From Atribacterota bacterium (lineage in GTDB: Bacteria; Atribacterota; Phoenicimicrobiia; Phoenicimicrobiales; Stramentimicrobiaceae): DNA of 64,000 bases. A program made the translations under genes and the position numbers. The notes beneath the pieces are model-generated. The model saw only the letters and a list, made by a program, of their open reading frames with translations. It had not been told where the DNA came from and made no database searches. Position 1 is the first letter of the stretch. Each line of letters opens with the position of its first letter. The DNA lies in contig JAXGNR010000008.1 in NCBI GenBank assembly GCA_040767965.1, positions 32,001 through 96,000 on the forward strand. Reading direction: 5' to 3'. This document shows positions 60,349 to 64,000 of this stretch, piece after piece.

Positions 60349-61110
60349 ATGGAAAACAAAAGAAGTGAACAGCAAATAAGGGAAACTGCAGAATTATTAA
60401 AAAATTCAAATTACACAGTTTGCTTAACAGGTGCCGGGGTGAGTACTGATTCTGGTATCCCGGATTTCAGGACTCCTGGTAAAGGGATATGGGAAAAGGT
60501 AAATCCAATTGAAGTGACCAGTATCGAAGCTTTTCAAGGAAACCCGGCCAGGTTTTATCATTTCTATCGTCCACGCATAGAAGGGCTCCAAAAAGTATCA
60601 CCAAATTCAGCTCATAATGCTCTTGCCTACCTGGAAAAAAATAATTACCTGCATTGCCTGATAACTCAAAACATAGATTGTCTTCATCAAAAAGCCGGTT
60701 CAAAAAATGTGTTGGAGATACATGGAAGTTTAAATCAGGCTATTTGTCACAAATGCGGTCAAAAAATTAATGCAGAAATATTGTTACAAAAAATTGACCA
60801 AAGTGAAAAAAAGATACCCTATTGCCAATGCGGAGGTGTTTATAAACCAGATGTGGTTTTGTTTGGGGAACAGCTTGACAATCTGGATAATGCTATCGAA
60901 GAGGCTAATAAAGCAGATTTGTTTTTAGCCATTGGTTCATCGCTGCAGGTTTCTCCGGCCAATTTATTACCGGAATATACCCTGATTAAAAAAGGTAAAC
61001 TTATTATCATCAATTTCATGGAAACCCATTTGGATGAGAAGGCAACCATAGTTGTTCATGAAAATGCAGGTGAATTCTTAACAGCAGTATGTAATTATTT
61101 AGAATTTTAA
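60349..61110 (+). CDS. cobB: Sirtuin NAD-dependent deacylase
   Basis: GAGVSTDSGIPDFR, TQNID.LH, HGS, KPDVVLFGE, GSSLQV.PA. Confidence 0.94.
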   Translation: MENKRSEQQIRETAELLKNSNYTVCLTGAGVSTDSGIPDFRTPGKGIWEKVNPIEVTSIEAFQGNPARFYHFYRPRIEGLQKVSPNSAHNALAYLEKNNYLHCLITQNIDCLHQKAGSKNVLEIHGSLNQAICHKCGQKINAEILLQKIDQSEKKIPYCQCGGVYKPDVVLFGEQLDNLDNAIEEANKADLFLAIGSSLQVSPANLLPEYTLIKKGKLIIINFMETHLDEKATIVVHENAGEFLTAVCNYLEF

Positions 61111-61126
61111 TCCTTCTAAAAAAATA

Positions 61127-62581
61127 TTAAGCTATTGAAAAACCAGCCCAGTATACAATTGCTAAATACCCAAATATAGTTACTGTCAAGAAAGACAATA
61201 ATACAGCCATTAAACCCTTAGAAAATAAAACCTGTGGATCAAGGCCGTATCCAACAGGTATAGCTCTGACAGATGTGGGTAACACAAATGCACAGTTACA
61301 GGCTACAGATGCCAGGTAGATATAAGGAATTGGGTTTAACCCCATGGATATCATGACACTGCCTACAATAGGAGTTAAAATAGCAACTGCTGCAGTATTG
61401 CTGGAAATATTGCTTAATATAATTCCCAGTAAAGAAATTATTGCGATTAGGAGCAAATTATTTGAAACATTTATCTCAGTAAACAACTGTGCAATGGTAT
61501 TACCCGCTCCGGAGATAGAAATAAATTTACCAATAGCAATGCCTCCTCCAAAAAGAAGAAACAATCCCCACATCAATTTGGAAGAAGCATAATTCCAGTT
61601 TGACAAGCGTTTTCCATTATTGCCGGGAATAATAAAGGTCAGGCATCCGATTATTAAAAAAACATAAGATGGTACCAGAGATGGCAGAAGGTCCTGATAT
61701 AAAGGCCGTATAAAAGAAACCACTACTGCAATTATAAAAAGCAAAAAACTTCTTTGTTCCGCCTTTGTTATTTTATCCATTTCTATATATTTTTCCTTAA
61801 AAAATTTTTTTGATCCAGGCAGGTTATCAGTCTCGAATTTAAAACTCATCAGGTATAATAAAATAGGGATGCAAATAACTATAAGCATAGGAATCATTCT
61901 GGTAGTCCAGGTCCAGAACATATATTCTCGGCCAATAATCTGATTTTCAATATATTCGATTGCAATGAGATTCATTGCTCCACCTAAGGGGGAACCAAAA
62001 CCGCCTAGCCCGGCTCCCCAGGCAATTGCCAGTGATATGGCAATACAGATTTTATTATTTTTGATTCCTTCTGACCAGCCAAGATAATTAAACATGGAAA
62101 TAGCAATTGGAGTTAACACAGCAACTACCACCACATTGGGAAGAAAAATAGTCAGAATTGTAGAGACAGTAAACCAGACTATTAACTGCTCTTTAACAGT
62201 GGTTCCGATAAGACAAAGAGCCCTTAGCGCTATACGTTTATCAAGGCCCCATAATTCCCAGGAAACAGTTATTAAATCAGCCCCTAAAAGTAGGATTATA
62301 ATAGGGCTGGCATAACTGCCGATAATATCATCTACAGGTACAAAGTTAAATAAAGAGTTAGTAATAATAGGCAGTAGACCAGTGATGCCTATATGCACCG
62401 GGCGAAATATCCACCAGGCGGCCATCCAGAGCATTGTTCCTATTGCCCCTTTGCTGGCATAGGAAAAAGCATTCAAAGGGAGAATATAAACTATTAAAAA
62501 AAAGATTAAAGGACCACTGGCCAGTTTAAAATAATTATATTTTTCATCATTATTGCTATTTTTATTTAATATCTTTTGCAT
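61127..62581 (-). CDS. SLC13/DASS family anion transporter
   Basis: LDKRIAL, GG.GSPLGG..N, LFGGG, SNTAA, AFVLP. Confidence 0.85.
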   Translation of the reverse strand: MQKILNKNSNNDEKYNYFKLASGPLIFFLIVYILPLNAFSYASKGAIGTMLWMAAWWIFRPVHIGITGLLPIITNSLFNFVPVDDIIGSYASPIIILLLGADLITVSWELWGLDKRIALRALCLIGTTVKEQLIVWFTVSTILTIFLPNVVVVAVLTPIAISMFNYLGWSEGIKNNKICIAISLAIAWGAGLGGFGSPLGGAMNLIAIEYIENQIIGREYMFWTWTTRMIPMLIVICIPILLYLMSFKFETDNLPGSKKFFKEKYIEMDKITKAEQRSFLLFIIAVVVSFIRPLYQDLLPSLVPSYVFLIIGCLTFIIPGNNGKRLSNWNYASSKLMWGLFLLFGGGIAIGKFISISGAGNTIAQLFTEINVSNNLLLIAIISLLGIILSNISSNTAAVAILTPIVGSVMISMGLNPIPYIYLASVACNCAFVLPTSVRAIPVGYGLDPQVLFSKGLMAVLLSFLTVTIFGYLAIVYWAGFSIA

Positions 62582-62864
62582 AAATGAGTTCCTTTTTCCT
62601 TTTAAAAAGTTTTTATTTTTTAATTTTATACTTAAATAATAACAAATTAAAAAAATTATATCTCAAGCTTATCTTACTTGTAAAGAGATGTAAAGAAGAA
62701 TGATTAAACAGAAGAAAAAAACCTTTGTTGATATTAAATAATTGTTTTGGTAAAATCAATTAATTATGCAATTATATTAATAAATTATTGCTAGGATGCT
62801 AGGAAAAACAAAATAAATCTTAAGATCCAAAATTGTAATTGCAATAGAGAAGAAGGAGAATGTC

Positions 62865-63761
62865 ATGCTATATAATAGTGTTTTGAGCACCATAGGTAAT
62901 ACCCCTCTTTTGAGGATGAGCAAAATATCTTCCGGCAATGTTTTTGCTAAAGCGGAATTTTTAAATCCCGGAGGCAGCATTAAAGACCGTGTAGCTAAAC
63001 ATATAATAGAAGAAGCAATAAAAGTGGGTAAATTAAAGGAAGGAATGACCATAATTGAAGCAACCTCCGGAAATACCGGCATAGGACTGACACTTTACGG
63101 TGTACAAAGAGGTTATGAAGTTATATGCGTTATGCCGGAAAATATGAGTGAGGAAAGAAAAAAAATAATCAAAGCTTTTGGAGGAAAGATTATTACCACT
63201 TCAGCCGAAAAAAGCTTAAATGGATCCCTGGAAAAAATAGAAGAATTATTGAAACAGGAACCCGATAGATATTTTTTAGCTAATCAGTTTGTAAACCCTG
63301 TTAATCCGGAAACACATTATCTGACCACAGGTCCGGAAATTTGGAAAGATACCAAGGGGGAAATTGATATATTTGTAGCCGGAGTAGGAAGTGGAGGCAC
63401 GCTACAGGGCATAGGCACTTTTTTAAAAGAAAAAAATCCAGCAATAAAAATTGTTGCAGTAGAACCAAAAAATAATGCTGCTCTTTTAGGAAAAGAACCT
63501 GGTTTGCATCAGATTCAAGGGATAGGCGATGGCTTTATCCCGGCTGTTTTAGATGTCAATATTATAGATTTTGTTATTACTGTTTCTGATAAAGAGGCAA
63601 TAGAAACCACACGTCAGCTTTCATTACAAGAAGGTTTATTGGTAGGTACTTCTTCTGGAGCCAATATATTTTCGGCTTTAAATTTAGACAATGGGAAAAA
63701 TCGTATTGTAACAGTACTGCCTGATAGAGCTGAAAGATATTTCAGTACTGCCCTGCTTTAA
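62865..63761 (+). CDS. cysK: Cysteine synthase A
   Basis: IGNTPL, NPGGSIKDR, EATSGNTG, GVGSGGT, HQIQGIG, ERYFST. Confidence 0.95.
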   Translation: MLYNSVLSTIGNTPLLRMSKISSGNVFAKAEFLNPGGSIKDRVAKHIIEEAIKVGKLKEGMTIIEATSGNTGIGLTLYGVQRGYEVICVMPENMSEERKKIIKAFGGKIITTSAEKSLNGSLEKIEELLKQEPDRYFLANQFVNPVNPETHYLTTGPEIWKDTKGEIDIFVAGVGSGGTLQGIGTFLKEKNPAIKIVAVEPKNNAALLGKEPGLHQIQGIGDGFIPAVLDVNIIDFVITVSDKEAIETTRQLSLQEGLLVGTSSGANIFSALNLDNGKNRIVTVLPDRAERYFSTALL

Positions 63762-63776
63762 TTATAATTAAAATGG

Positions 63777-63833
63777 TGAGTAGAAATAGATTGCTTATTA
63801 TTTTGAATAATGTCCTATTTCTACTCAAAAAAA
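63777..63833. terminator. Hairpin between convergent genes
   Basis: TGAGTAGAAATAG/CTATTTCTACTCA + A-run. Confidence 0.65.
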
Positions 63834-63842
63834 CTATTTTCA

Positions 63843-64000
63843 TCATAAAAAAATATCTTTGAGAATTTTATTTGACTGGTGTTTTGCTTTTTTCATTTTA
63901 TGGTTGTTGATTATTCTATCCAATTGTACAATTATCACTGAACCTATAACTAAAAAGATGCCCAGCAATTTCCACCCTTGCAGTTCTTCCTGAAAGAAAA
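63843..64000 (-). CDS. C-terminus of probable EamA/DMT transporter (partial)
   Basis: Manual translation FFQEELQGWKLLGIFLVIGSVIIVQL...FL*. Confidence 0.55.
   Translation of the reverse strand, partial: FFQEELQGWKLLGIFLVIGSVIIVQLDRIINNHKMKKAKHQSNKILKDIFL

Noticed and set aside
60349-61110. Sirtuin as SIR2 anti-phage effector
   Set aside because: Canonical CobB-type deacylase with Zn-binding cysteines and housekeeping neighbours

Overview
AT-rich chromosomal window of an anaerobic, amino-acid/organic-acid-fermenting bacterium. Gene content and style suggest Atribacterota/JS1 or a Firmicutes-like lineage; this is inference only. It holds about 55 CDS, tRNA-Ser(TGA) and tRNA-Pro(CGG), and is rich in cis-regulatory RNA. 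A Ser (UCC) T-box heads an archease-rtcB-serS-tRNA-Ser locus. A ykkC-family (probably ppGpp) riboswitch sits between amtB-glnK and an orphan gltB. A PyrR attenuator precedes a uracil permease. There are three c-di-GMP-I aptamers, one single and one tandem pair. Catabolic clusters are TTT + MFS + Ldh_2 + TPP enzyme + AOR + MoaD, and IclR-iorAB-aminotransferase-ptb-TRAP-M20-ltaE. A small mobile hotspot (about 25.7-29.5 kb) holds an ISLre2-family element, an mgtE fragment, a discoidin-like protein and an IS3 remnant. The best candidates for undescribed systems are (1) the tRNA-sensing T-box placed over an RNA-ligase module, (2) the hydroxyacid -> oxoacid -> aldehyde -> acid AOR cluster and (3) orphan Shine-Dalgarno motifs plus 3' hairpins bracketing transporter genes. 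All calls come from reading motifs by eye; no database searches were run.
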